DNA of 64,000 nt from the IMG/VR virus record IMGVR_UViG_3300025770_000656; one strand, written 5' to 3'. Below are positions 9,826-19,618 of this stretch, piece after piece. How positions within the stretch are numbered: the first letter of the stretch is position 1; each line of letters starts with the position of its first letter. This DNA comes from a virus. The notes beneath the pieces were generated by a model that ran no database searches, was not told the DNA's origin, and saw nothing but the letters and a program-made list of their open reading frames with translations. A program made the translations under genes and the position numbers.

Positions 9826-10515
9826 ATGATTATAAATGATTTAGAAATTTATGGAAGACGTAGTAACAAAACAATTGAGTTTATACACATGTATACACAA
9901 AAACCTCTGGGAATTAAATGTAAATTTAACGAATGGGGGTTCCGCGGCCCAGACTATAATGAGTATGTTGGGCTTCCAGTTAATATATGTCTTGGAGACA
10001 GCTTTACAGTAAACACAGGCGGGCCAGTAGAAGATTGCTGGGCAAGCCAATTAGAAGAAATACTGGGCTATCCTACACTCAACTTTGGCTTAGATGGTGC
10101 AGGGAACGATGCTATGAAGCTAATCTACGACCGTGTTATTAATTACTTTGACATACAGAATGTATTTGTTATGTATTCCTTTCTTCATAGACGACTAATA
10201 CACGGCTTGTTATCACAATCAGCAGAGTCAGACTTAGATATGAACATACGATACTTTGAACAACAATTTATACCAAACGCCCAGTATACATTTATACCAG
10301 AATGGTGCTGGGGCGACGAAGAAGCCAATTACATTAGAGCAGAGTATTCACAACAATTGCCGGATAGCTATACTCAGTGGCAAGCAACTGGATACGCAAA
10401 AAAGAAACATCGTATACAGGCTTTAGACAAAGATCTATTTAATTCAGACGGTATGCACATGAGTCGAGAACGCAACCAATCAGTGGCAGAATACTTTGCT
10501 AAACTTATATTATAA
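9826..10515 (+). CDS. SGNH/GDSL-like protein
   Basis: LGDSFT, NFGLDGAGND, DGMHMS blocks. Confidence 0.55.
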   Translation: MIINDLEIYGRRSNKTIEFIHMYTQKPLGIKCKFNEWGFRGPDYNEYVGLPVNICLGDSFTVNTGGPVEDCWASQLEEILGYPTLNFGLDGAGNDAMKLIYDRVINYFDIQNVFVMYSFLHRRLIHGLLSQSAESDLDMNIRYFEQQFIPNAQYTFIPEWCWGDEEANYIRAEYSQQLPDSYTQWQATGYAKKKHRIQALDKDLFNSDGMHMSRERNQSVAEYFAKLIL

Positions 10516-11308
10516 TACTAATAATGAAGACAGTAAATGCAATTGGCTTATGGATAGTTTATTGCAAGGATGGCCTGGCTCAGCAACTGGAAACAGACAA
10601 GCACCAGTAGATGCTCCTGGTGCGTTTTGGGGATTTATCCAAAACAATCACGTACTAATAGCAGACCATCAACGCCTGGAGTTTGACTGGTGGTTCTGGG
10701 ACATGCCTTATTGGGGACGCTGGAACGGACTAAAAGAAGCGTTAAATCCAGATCAGGATTTTTACTGGAGAGTTAGTAGGAATAAAATACATGAAACTGA
10801 TATACTAGAGCGGCCACGTGATAGGTTTGCTAATTGGAATATGCCGGTTTATCCATGGAAAAAGACTGGATCAGAGATAATTGTTTGCCCTAGCAGTAAC
10901 ACAATGAGTCAATGGTGTACTAATAAAAACGAGCAAGAATGGACTGAGTCAACAATTAAAGAGCTAAAAAAACACACTGATAGACCAATTAGAGTACGTT
11001 ATAAACCCAGAGCTCAGGGAACTAGTGGCCCTAGTGTAGCATTGGTTCCATTTAATGAAGACATTAAAGACGCCTGGGCTGTAGTAACCAGTGTTAGTAT
11101 GTGTGCCGTAGAAGCAATTTCAGCAGGTATACCAGTGTTTTGTGATCCTATCAGTTTCACTAGACCTGTTGGTCAAACCGAGCTAAGTAAAATAGAACAA
11201 CCAGTTTATGGCAACAGAGAGCCCTGGTTTAATCACTTAGCGTATTGTCAATTTACACAACAGGAAATTAAGTCTGGTATGGCTTACAGTATATTAACGG
11301 ATCAATAA
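10496..11308 (+). CDS. Capsule-synthesis-like (GT-B type) protein, paralog 2
   Basis: IIVCPSS, VRYKP, AWAVVTSVSMCAVEAISAGIP, REPWFNHLAYCQF; TTG start uncertain. Confidence 0.5.
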   Translation: MLNLYYNTNNEDSKCNWLMDSLLQGWPGSATGNRQAPVDAPGAFWGFIQNNHVLIADHQRLEFDWWFWDMPYWGRWNGLKEALNPDQDFYWRVSRNKIHETDILERPRDRFANWNMPVYPWKKTGSEIIVCPSSNTMSQWCTNKNEQEWTESTIKELKKHTDRPIRVRYKPRAQGTSGPSVALVPFNEDIKDAWAVVTSVSMCAVEAISAGIPVFCDPISFTRPVGQTELSKIEQPVYGNREPWFNHLAYCQFTQQEIKSGMAYSILTDQ

Positions 11309-12225
11309 TGGCAAAAAAGACTGTAATAGTTTATAGCACTGGACGACACAAGACCACAAAGTTAATGTTAAGGTTTGCTAGTGGAATAAACCAAATTGAT
11401 GGACCATGGTGTGCAGAGTTTAGAGGTATTGAGCATTTTCTAGTCCATGGACTAGATCCTAAAGCTGATGCCATAGCAGTACTGGGTATACTACGTGGCA
11501 CTGGTCTAGCAATGCAAGCCGCTGCAAGTAAAAATATTCCTAGATTTTATGTAGATCATGCATACTTTGATTCAGGTTATTCTGGCAAAGGCTGGATGCG
11601 TATTAGTAAAAACAGACACACCATGAACTACGTAAAGGATGTTGCCAAGGACAGATGGAAACTTTACTTCCAGGATCATAATGAGATAATGCCCTGGAAA
11701 ACTCGCAGTAACCGCGGAAACAAAATACTAGTATTGCCGCCAACTCATGCAGTACAGTGGTATTTTAATGCACATGGATGGACAAACGAAATACTAAAGA
11801 TTCTTCATGAATCATTACCTAAACACATGCATGGCGATATTAAAGTTAGAACTAAACCTAATGAACCTATAGTAGACAAAGCAGGTAATCTATTAAGATT
11901 AGATAGTCATAAAGACGAAAATCCAGTGTCACTAGAGCAAGATTTAGCAGAAAGCAATATTGTAATATGTTACAATAGTAACGTAGCATTGCAGGCTACC
12001 CTGCAGGGTATACCAGTTATATCTAATCTTCACTGTAGCACATATCCAATAAGTTATACTATAAATGACCTAATTAACGATACAAACAATCCAGTATTTG
12101 ACGCCGAACCTGACAGGTACGGGTTATGCAAATGGCTAGCATACAGTCAATTTAAAGCGGGAGAAATAGCAAATGGAAAAGCATGGAACATGTTGCTAAA
12201 GATGCAGGAAGATGCAGGTAATTAA
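11308..12225 (+). CDS. Capsule-synthesis-like (GT-B type) protein, paralog 3
   Basis: ILVLPPT, VRTKP, VICYNSNVALQATLQGIP, RYGLCKWLAYSQF. Confidence 0.5.
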   Translation: MAKKTVIVYSTGRHKTTKLMLRFASGINQIDGPWCAEFRGIEHFLVHGLDPKADAIAVLGILRGTGLAMQAAASKNIPRFYVDHAYFDSGYSGKGWMRISKNRHTMNYVKDVAKDRWKLYFQDHNEIMPWKTRSNRGNKILVLPPTHAVQWYFNAHGWTNEILKILHESLPKHMHGDIKVRTKPNEPIVDKAGNLLRLDSHKDENPVSLEQDLAESNIVICYNSNVALQATLQGIPVISNLHCSTYPISYTINDLINDTNNPVFDAEPDRYGLCKWLAYSQFKAGEIANGKAWNMLLKMQEDAGN

Positions 12226-13314
12226 ATGGCAGTTAATTTTGGAAAATTAAAAATCATTACTGGTTTAGATGATGACATTTTTAAGGTAGAAAAGTTACAA
12301 CGTTTTGACCGTGTGGAGCAAATACCAGGCTGGAAAGAAGTTGGGCATAAACGACCTAAAGAACTTATTGAGTATCTACAAGGCATTCTAGACGAACCCA
12401 GATATGCTGCACAGGTGTTAGACATTGGACAGGTTGGGCAAGTACAAACTTATCATAATGACGTTAATCAAAAACGCATTACCGCCGCCTATGGATTTAA
12501 GATGGAACAAATGCTGGGAATGGGAAAAGACGGTCAAACATATGAAGCAACCAGATACTTGGACTATAAAAAGAGTCAAAAATATGTTGTAAAGATGTTA
12601 AGTGAATATGCCAAGGTGTATCATGCACATACCCAGCAGTTGTTTGAAATTTTAGATATGCTAAGGAACCCCTGGCATCCGATGATTCAAAAAAATATTG
12701 TAGTTAAAGGTGACTTTATATATTACCCCATAGATTTGCCTTATACAGAGGTTATGTCCAATAGAGTTAACATGCTTAAACAGTATGCTGAATTAGCTAA
12801 CTTTAATAAATGGTTAATTAAAAATACTGGCTTTTTATTCTGGGACATGGGTTTTACCAATGGTAGAAACTTTATGATGGACTCAAAAGAGAACCTTGTA
12901 TGGATTGACTACGGCGGTGCAGGGTTACTAAAAACTCCAACATTTAAAAGCATATGCAAAGAGTTAAAAATTAAAAAATTTAAAGGTACTGGGTTAGGCG
13001 ATGTTAAAAAAGAAATGCTAGTAAATGCAGACAGTAAGTTTATAATGGCTGAATTTTTATTAAACATCGATTACTGGTTTACTAAGTACGAGACAGATCG
13101 CGGCAATGCCCAGTGCAATGATGCTGACCTATACAGTAGCTTTATACAACTACGTAAGACAGTATGCTATGGCATTGTTGACAATCTTCTAGAACACGCA
13201 CTTAATACTGATGTTGCCCGAGGACTATACCAGGCTACTAAAGAAAAAAACTGGGTTCAAGACAATACTTGGAAAGACGTTTGGAGATTCTTAGACGATT
13301 TTGAACTAGAATGA
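12226..13314 (+). CDS. Protein/lipid kinase-like protein
   Basis: LGMGKDGQTY (Gly loop), YVVKML, FWDMGFTNGRNFMM, WIDYGG. Confidence 0.5.
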   Translation: MAVNFGKLKIITGLDDDIFKVEKLQRFDRVEQIPGWKEVGHKRPKELIEYLQGILDEPRYAAQVLDIGQVGQVQTYHNDVNQKRITAAYGFKMEQMLGMGKDGQTYEATRYLDYKKSQKYVVKMLSEYAKVYHAHTQQLFEILDMLRNPWHPMIQKNIVVKGDFIYYPIDLPYTEVMSNRVNMLKQYAELANFNKWLIKNTGFLFWDMGFTNGRNFMMDSKENLVWIDYGGAGLLKTPTFKSICKELKIKKFKGTGLGDVKKEMLVNADSKFIMAEFLLNIDYWFTKYETDRGNAQCNDADLYSSFIQLRKTVCYGIVDNLLEHALNTDVARGLYQATKEKNWVQDNTWKDVWRFLDDFELE

Positions 13315-14351
13315 AAGTTTTTAACTTTACAGACGCCTGCAGACATATATTTCCTAACAGCATTGTTATTGACTCTGCCTTACTATACCCTATAACTGAT
13401 AAAGGCTGGGATATAGAAATGCCAGACCGAGAAGATATTGGAGATAGGTTTGATGATGCTGACTTTAAGTTAATATTTAACCTACAAGACCACCTTACTA
13501 CCAAGAGCACTGGTATGGTCGGAGATGGTTTTGTATTTTACGATATACCGCTGGAACTAGCTAAGATACGAAACTTTTACAAGGGCTGGGCACCAAGTAA
13601 CCAAATTATTGTTGTGGTATGGCCACTTGGTTTGGTGGATGCGTGGCCAAAGCATGAATTTCATCTAGTAGAGTTTAGTTCACATCAGTATGAAACCTGG
13701 CTATATTACAAATCCGCCGAGGGTGTACTACGTGAAGCATTTAGTTATCTGGATAAAGACTTTGAATATAACTTCCTGTGCATGAACCGTATAGAAAAAC
13801 CACATAGAAAAATACTGTACAGCAAGTTAGCAAGTATGACCAGTGGCAATATTAGCTTACAAAGTGCAGGTCATGAACTAAAGTACCCAGGACTAGATTT
13901 TGTTACATATGACAGACACTATGATAATCTAAGTAACTTACTAAGCATTAAACGTAACTTTCAAACAAGTATGTTTAGTCTAGTTACAGAAACTCAGTAC
14001 CATGAACGTTTTGGTATTATAACAGAAAAAACACTTAATGCTATTGTAGCTGGGCATCCTTTTATAGTTGCTGGACACCATGGATGTTTAGACGACATAA
14101 AAAGCCTGGGATTTAAAACATATCCCACTATCTTTAATGAAGAATATCAGTATTTTGAAAATGACGAGCGTATTGATGCGATACTGGATTTAAATGGTGC
14201 ATACTTTACTCGTATTACCACAACAGCATTACACGATTTAGTGGACGAGCATCGTGACATTATAGACTATAATCGTGATTACTTTTTTGATAGTTTTGGT
14301 CCAGACAGACTGGAATGGTTCAGAACACAATTACTTAATATTTGGGAGTAG
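13311..14351 (+). CDS. Conserved phage protein, possible glycan-modifying enzyme (paralog of 33495)
   Basis: FLCMNRIEKPHR, FSLVTET, ITEKTLNAIVAGHPF, LGFKTY. Confidence 0.45.
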   Translation: MKVFNFTDACRHIFPNSIVIDSALLYPITDKGWDIEMPDREDIGDRFDDADFKLIFNLQDHLTTKSTGMVGDGFVFYDIPLELAKIRNFYKGWAPSNQIIVVVWPLGLVDAWPKHEFHLVEFSSHQYETWLYYKSAEGVLREAFSYLDKDFEYNFLCMNRIEKPHRKILYSKLASMTSGNISLQSAGHELKYPGLDFVTYDRHYDNLSNLLSIKRNFQTSMFSLVTETQYHERFGIITEKTLNAIVAGHPFIVAGHHGCLDDIKSLGFKTYPTIFNEEYQYFENDERIDAILDLNGAYFTRITTTALHDLVDEHRDIIDYNRDYFFDSFGPDRLEWFRTQLLNIWE

Positions 14352-15095
14352 GTGTTGCTTGCCAAAGTCTGTATCCCAGGGGTCTGGTTCTCCATGAAAT
14401 ACTACTAAGCTACATTGTGAATCTACAATCCATGATTGATCAGGATACACATATTTACTGGGTTTAGCTGGCCATTTATTGTGTTCGTCTAAACCAGTTC
14501 CGCTTTCTATTAGCCCGCCTCTGAAGCAATCCCATTTAAAACTTTGACACCAAGATTCTGGCCACCATGTTTTTTCATCTCCAGCTCGGAACCAGTCAGT
14601 AATAAAATCTTGATCTCCGCGAAAACGATTAATATATCCTGGAATGTCTTTTTTAAATTCTTTATATATTGAATAGTAGTCGGGTGCATGAAAGCACATT
14701 ACACTAGTATTACTTACTTCGTAATTTTTAATCCATCGTCTATTAAAGTCTTGACAAACAGAAAATTTTTCGGAATAGCTAATAAACTTATCAATATTAC
14801 CGACAATAACTATGTCTAAATCTAAGTAAAATACTGTTCCAGTAAATCCCCACTTAGGATTAAACATCTGCATCTTGTACCACCAATACTTTTGGCTTCC
14901 ATTAGCTTCTGGCCAATCTGGTACGTGATGTGTTATAATATCAGGTTGCTGATAAAATGGATCATTGGGCGAGTCTGTAAGAACATGAAACGTATAGGGC
15001 AGTGTAAGATGACGTTTAACGCCCGCATACAACTGCCCTACATGTAATTTCGGAGAGTATTTTCCGCCGACACAAACGCAAACTAAATCAATCAT
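14331..15095 (-). CDS. Putative glycosyltransferase (GT-A/GT8-like)
   Basis: VCVCVGGKY, WWYKMQMF, YLDLDIVI, NTSVM, GDQDFI, VFHGEPDP. Confidence 0.75.
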   Translation of the reverse strand: MIDLVCVCVGGKYSPKLHVGQLYAGVKRHLTLPYTFHVLTDSPNDPFYQQPDIITHHVPDWPEANGSQKYWWYKMQMFNPKWGFTGTVFYLDLDIVIVGNIDKFISYSEKFSVCQDFNRRWIKNYEVSNTSVMCFHAPDYYSIYKEFKKDIPGYINRFRGDQDFITDWFRAGDEKTWWPESWCQSFKWDCFRGGLIESGTGLDEHNKWPAKPSKYVYPDQSWIVDSQCSLVVFHGEPDPWDTDFGKQHLLPNIK

Positions 15096-15468
15096 TTTCC
15101 ATCAGTGTCTGTTTTCCGTCCTTGGCACTATAACCTACTGTGTCGCGTTCTATGTCATTATGGTCAAATTCTGCCCAATATAACTCAAAAGCTACAGTAT
15201 CTTCGACTGCTTCGAACTGATGCAATTCGCCTGGTTTAACTTGTGTAAAGTCTCCAGGTAGAAGTATAGTTTCGTCTATTAATTCGTAATCATTTTTCCA
15301 TGCACGAATTATTAGCTTTCCTGATTCTACAAAAAAACCATTCCACTTATACTTGTGTTTGTGTTTACTGCAAACTCCACCCTTGTGAGCTTCTATACGA
15401 TGAAACTCAAGAACGCCATTGGCGTGGATTAACTCTGTTTGACCCCATACTTTTCCGGCTTTTATCAT
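15088..15468 (-). CDS. Cupin (mannose-6-phosphate isomerase type II-like)
   Basis: CSKHKH...FFVESGKL...PGELHQF cupin motifs. Confidence 0.75.
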   Translation of the reverse strand: MIKAGKVWGQTELIHANGVLEFHRIEAHKGGVCSKHKHKYKWNGFFVESGKLIIRAWKNDYELIDETILLPGDFTQVKPGELHQFEAVEDTVAFELYWAEFDHNDIERDTVGYSAKDGKQTLMEND

Positions 15469-15532
15469 GCCTGTACCTCGACTATAGTAGATTGTTTGGT
15501 CCTTACAGTATCAATAACGATAAAGTTATTAT

Positions 15533-15712
15533 TTACATACCATTCTTTTTTTCTTGGATTTCTTTACGACGCTCTTTAACAAGTTTGCCGATTTCACCTA
15601 AATGCTTACGAGCACGAGCTGCCGCAGCTTTTACGCCTTTTTCTTCAAAACTAGCATGCTCTTTAACATACCCTTCAACGTGTTCTAGAATTTTATCATG
15701 ATGTAATGACAT
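15533..15712 (-). CDS. Small basic histone H1/Hc1-like protein
   Basis: 59 aa, EKGVKAAAARARKHLGEIGKLVKERRKEIQ; start moved to second Met. Confidence 0.65.
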   Translation of the reverse strand: MSLHHDKILEHVEGYVKEHASFEEKGVKAAAARARKHLGEIGKLVKERRKEIQEKKNGM

Positions 15713-16487
15713 TATTTTTCCTTTCGATGTCTTCTTCAATACAATTTTCACCGTACTGAATCTCAACTATTTTAAGTGGCTGGTCAGTTTCATTAGCTAG
15801 CATATGCCACTTTTCTTCTTCAATCCACAACTTATCATGGGGATTAAAGACTCCCCAAAGTTCTAAGTCGCTGCTAACAGGACTAATTGTATATACAGTA
15901 GCTTGACCTTCGGCAATAAACCAAAGTTCACTACGCTTTCGATGCTTCTGCATACTTAGGGACTTACCAGGAGTAACGTCTAGTTCTTTAACCTTAACAT
16001 GATTTGTTACTTCGTGTAATACTCTATACTTTCCCCAAACTCTTTCAGTAGTTGGTTTACTCCATTCTTCCAGGATCCAACTACTACTATTTGCTTTGTT
16101 ACTTCCTCCGACGCCAAATTCAAATTTTACAGGACTATGTCCGCTGTACACAATTTCTTCAGGGATGTTATCTTCTCCACGGTCGCCGCCATTTGCAAAA
16201 ATAACAACGTCTTCAGTATTCTTTTCGCCCAAAACTTTAAAAATGGCTTGGGTAGCAGTTCCATCGTTATCGTTAAACTCAATAACCTGATCAACCATTT
16301 TTAAATTTTCCAGCACTGCCTTACGCTCACTAAACGGCATAAAAGGACGTCCTTTTTTACGTTGTAACCAAGTATCACTGTTAAGACCAACAACAAGTTT
16401 GTCTCCAAGTGTCCTTGCAACTTTAAGATAACTAATATGTCCACTATGCAAGGGGTCGAATCCTCCAGTAGCTAAAACTATTTTCAT
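15696..16487 (-). CDS. Cytidylyl/adenylyltransferase (HldE domain II-like) fused to cupin
   Basis: ATGGFDPLHSGH (HxGH), VGLNSD, FANGGDR; C-terminal KSLSMQKH..RSELW...WHMLAN...EIQYG...EEDIER. Confidence 0.85.
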   Translation of the reverse strand: MKIVLATGGFDPLHSGHISYLKVARTLGDKLVVGLNSDTWLQRKKGRPFMPFSERKAVLENLKMVDQVIEFNDNDGTATQAIFKVLGEKNTEDVVIFANGGDRGEDNIPEEIVYSGHSPVKFEFGVGGSNKANSSSWILEEWSKPTTERVWGKYRVLHEVTNHVKVKELDVTPGKSLSMQKHRKRSELWFIAEGQATVYTISPVSSDLELWGVFNPHDKLWIEEEKWHMLANETDQPLKIVEIQYGENCIEEDIERKNNVITS

Positions 16488-16563
16488 GTTTAAAACTCCT
16501 TATAAATATATACGCATATTATATTAGTATAATTATAGTTTATTATCAAGGAAAAATCAATAA

Positions 16564-17259
16564 ATGATTAACAATATTTACGTAGGATGGGATAGCAGGG
16601 AAGACATTGCTTTCCAAGTGTGCGAACATAGTATTTATAAACGCACATACAGGGACTTTATAAATGTGATTCCTCTTAAACAGCATGAGCTCAGAGAACA
16701 GGGAAAGTACTGGAGGGAAAAGGATAAACTTTCTAGTACAGAATTTACGTTTACTAGATTTCTTGTTCCATACTTAAATGATTATAAAGGTATTGCAGTT
16801 TTTTGTGACTGTGATATGGTGTGGCTAATTGATGCTTACCACGTATTCATGAACGGCTTTACAAAAGACAAGGATAAAGCAGTTTGGGTAGTTAAACACG
16901 AATATGAGCCAGAAGAAGGTATTAAGATGGATGGACAGCTACAGTTACCATATCCACGTAAAAACTGGAGTAGTATGATGGTTTTTAACTGTGAACATCC
17001 TAAAAATCGTGCATTAGATCTAGAAACAATTAATACAAAACCTGGTAGCTATTTGCATCGTTTTGAATGGTTAGATGACGATGACATAGGTGAACTTGGG
17101 CCAGAATGGAACTGGTTAGTTGGTCATTATAAAGAGCCAGAGCATGGTAAACCCAAGATATTACACTATACACTAGGCGGCCCATGGTTTGAAAACATGC
17201 GAGATTGTGAATATGATCATGTGTGGAAGAAAGAAATTATTAACTTGTATTCATCATGA
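16564..17259 (+). CDS. Glycosyltransferase (GT8-like)
   Basis: YVGWDSRE, STEFTFTRFLVP, FCDCDM, PRKNWSS, LHYTLGGPWF. Confidence 0.8.
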   Translation: MINNIYVGWDSREDIAFQVCEHSIYKRTYRDFINVIPLKQHELREQGKYWREKDKLSSTEFTFTRFLVPYLNDYKGIAVFCDCDMVWLIDAYHVFMNGFTKDKDKAVWVVKHEYEPEEGIKMDGQLQLPYPRKNWSSMMVFNCEHPKNRALDLETINTKPGSYLHRFEWLDDDDIGELGPEWNWLVGHYKEPEHGKPKILHYTLGGPWFENMRDCEYDHVWKKEIINLYSS

Positions 17260-18287
17260 TCAGAGAGTATATGACAGACGGTGTTGCACAATTTAATCGT
17301 GTGCAGATATTAGATTACGCAGACTCAAAAAATAGTGAAGCTCTACGTTCAGACGGTAAATTATATAATCTAGAACTAGGCAAAGGTGCTGCAAAAATTA
17401 AATTCCCCAGAGATGTTGTACATCCTATTGCTAATAAGCGTAATGGAGAGTTTTTCTTATGGTGGAGCAAGCCATTAATTAATTACTATCACTTAATACT
17501 GGACGGGCTGGGGTGTTTGTATTACTATCTTGAATTGCGTAAAAAGAATCCAAACATCGTTTTGTTGCTTAATCGCACACCTAAACCTGGCTATGCTGGA
17601 TACCCTCCTTTTGTTAGTGAACTGCTGAGCTTGTTTGATGTTATCTGGGAATATACTGACCCTTCTACTGAGTACGATACTGTATACTTTGGAGATACAC
17701 TTAATCAGAATGAGGCTGGAAAACGCCAAAAGCCAGACCCCAGGCAATGGGACTTAATTGACTATCTAGTTGACCGTTGTGTAACCAGAACAGAAGTGCC
17801 AGAGCTCAGTAAAATTTACATAAGCAGGCGGGCTCATGCCAATCCTGTTAACTTAGACCGTAAAGCAATAATTGGTGAAGATAACACCATTAAGCGAGGG
17901 CTAACTAATGAAGATCAAGTAGTAGAGATACTACGAGATCTAGGTTACACAGAAGTATTTGGTGAAAATTATACACTGGCTCAAAAAATTGCCTTGTTTA
18001 GTAGAATGGACAAGTATATTAGCACCGCAGGTGCCGGCGTAACTAATATGCTCTGGGTTAGAGATCATGAGGTAAGTGTGGGCGGAATACATACTCCTGG
18101 ATTTCCATTTCCCAGCAATACTCACAGCAGACATATTTGCACCCATAGACCTTACAGTAAGGCAAACATTATAAACTATCCAGGGAAAGTACTATTTCAT
18201 GATCCAGATGCAGGTGCTAAAGATTATAACAATCCCTGGTATATTAATAATCTAGATGCCTTTAAAAACTGGGCTAAAACAATATAA
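17256..18287 (+). CDS. Glycosyltransferase family 61 (DUF563)-like
   Basis: NYYHLILD, IYISRR, NEDQV, LAQKIALFS, GAGVTNMLW. Confidence 0.75.
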   Translation: MIREYMTDGVAQFNRVQILDYADSKNSEALRSDGKLYNLELGKGAAKIKFPRDVVHPIANKRNGEFFLWWSKPLINYYHLILDGLGCLYYYLELRKKNPNIVLLLNRTPKPGYAGYPPFVSELLSLFDVIWEYTDPSTEYDTVYFGDTLNQNEAGKRQKPDPRQWDLIDYLVDRCVTRTEVPELSKIYISRRAHANPVNLDRKAIIGEDNTIKRGLTNEDQVVEILRDLGYTEVFGENYTLAQKIALFSRMDKYISTAGAGVTNMLWVRDHEVSVGGIHTPGFPFPSNTHSRHICTHRPYSKANIINYPGKVLFHDPDAGAKDYNNPWYINNLDAFKNWAKTI

Positions 18288-18328
18288 ATATGTACGTACT
18301 CATGGAGGAGTGCTGGAAGTAGGTAATT

Positions 18329-18889
18329 ATGGTTGCAGAAATATTAGCTGGCATTGCACTAGCAAAGTCTGCGGTCACCGGTATTAAGAGTATGATTGAT
18401 ACGGCAAATGATGTTGGTGATATAGCTCATCACATTGACAATCTTTTTAAAAGTCGTGACCAAGTTAAGAGAGATATCCATAAAAATCAAAACGCAAAAA
18501 AACCTAAAAGTAAAATGCGTTCTATGTTTACTAAAACAACAGGAGAGGATGAGGACGATGATCTAAGTGTTGGTGCTGTAGCCACTATGGTGCTTGAGCA
18601 GAAGAAGATGGATAGAGAGATTTTAAATCTTGGAATCAGAATCGACAATAAGTTCGGCGAGGGCACATGGACTGAGATTTTAGAAACAAGAAAGAAAATG
18701 ATTGCTGAGCATAAAAAACAAGTAGAAGCTCAAAAAGAAATGGATAAGCAGCATGATAAAGAGGTTCACGATTTTTGGATAAAAGTTTGGACATGGACAT
18801 GGCAAATAACCACAGTAATTACAACTATATTGGCTCTATGGGGATGGTTATCTTATGCAAGTAAGGGTAAGATTCCTTGGATATGGTAA
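18329..18889 (+). CDS. Hypothetical protein with coiled coil and C-terminal transmembrane helix
   Basis: 186 aa; hydrophobic C-terminus; downstream of late motif at 18283. Confidence 0.6.
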   Translation: MVAEILAGIALAKSAVTGIKSMIDTANDVGDIAHHIDNLFKSRDQVKRDIHKNQNAKKPKSKMRSMFTKTTGEDEDDDLSVGAVATMVLEQKKMDREILNLGIRIDNKFGEGTWTEILETRKKMIAEHKKQVEAQKEMDKQHDKEVHDFWIKVWTWTWQITTVITTILALWGWLSYASKGKIPWIW

Positions 18890-18898
18890 CTAATAAAG

Positions 18899-19585
18899 AT
18901 GGACAATGTTGTTCTTAATGAACTAACGGATGAAAATCTTGTCCTACAAATGCATGATGATATGTATGATGGGCTTGCTGCTGAAATAGCAGAAGGCACA
19001 CAAATTCTACTTAACCGAGATTGGAAACCTTACGCTGTTCTCAATGAGGCTCTAATCGCCGGCATGAAAATTGTCGGTATTGATTTTCGAGATGGCATTT
19101 TATTCGTACCGGAAGTTCTTCTTGCAGCAAATGCAATGAAGGCGGGAATGGCTATTCTACGACCTTTATTAGCTGAATCAGATGCACCGCGGGTTGGCAC
19201 CATAGTTATTGGAACTGTTAAGGGTGATATACATGATATAGGCAAAAACCTAGTAAGCATGTTGTTAGAAGGTGCAGGATTTGAAGTTATTGATATTGGT
19301 GTTAACACTGATGTTGATGAGTATATAACTGCTCTAGAAGAACATAATGCTGATATTCTAGGCATGTCTGCATTATTGACTACGACAATGGGATATATGA
19401 AGGTTGTAATTTATGAACTTGAACAACGTGGATTACGTAATAATTACCGTGTTATAGTAGGCGGCGCTCCTTTGAATGAGGAGTTTGCTATTAATATTGG
19501 TGCAGATGCCTACTGTCGCGATGCTATGGTGGCAGTTGAAACCTCGACAGCCTTCATGAAGGAATCGCTAGATAATAGCTTATGA
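18899..19585 (+). CDS. Stand-alone corrinoid (B12-binding) protein, MtbC/split-MetH cap plus cobalamin module
   Basis: LIAGMKIVG.DFRDGILFVPEVLLAANAM (cap), GTVKGDIHDIGKNLV (DxHxxG), GMSALLTT, VGGAP. Confidence 0.9.
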   Translation: MDNVVLNELTDENLVLQMHDDMYDGLAAEIAEGTQILLNRDWKPYAVLNEALIAGMKIVGIDFRDGILFVPEVLLAANAMKAGMAILRPLLAESDAPRVGTIVIGTVKGDIHDIGKNLVSMLLEGAGFEVIDIGVNTDVDEYITALEEHNADILGMSALLTTTMGYMKVVIYELEQRGLRNNYRVIVGGAPLNEEFAINIGADAYCRDAMVAVETSTAFMKESLDNSL

Positions 19586-19618
19586 TGTGTTTAGCCCCGG
19601 GTCGTGGGATTGATTCAA

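Noticed and set aside
16452-16463. GGGTCGAATCC resembling a tRNA T-loop
   Set aside because: It is the reverse strand of the GGFDPL codons of the cytidylyltransferase; no cloverleaf can be formed
6288-16487. Phosphonate biosynthesis cluster (B12 radical SAM plus cytidylyltransferase)
   Set aside because: No PEP mutase or phosphonopyruvate decarboxylase motif in the window
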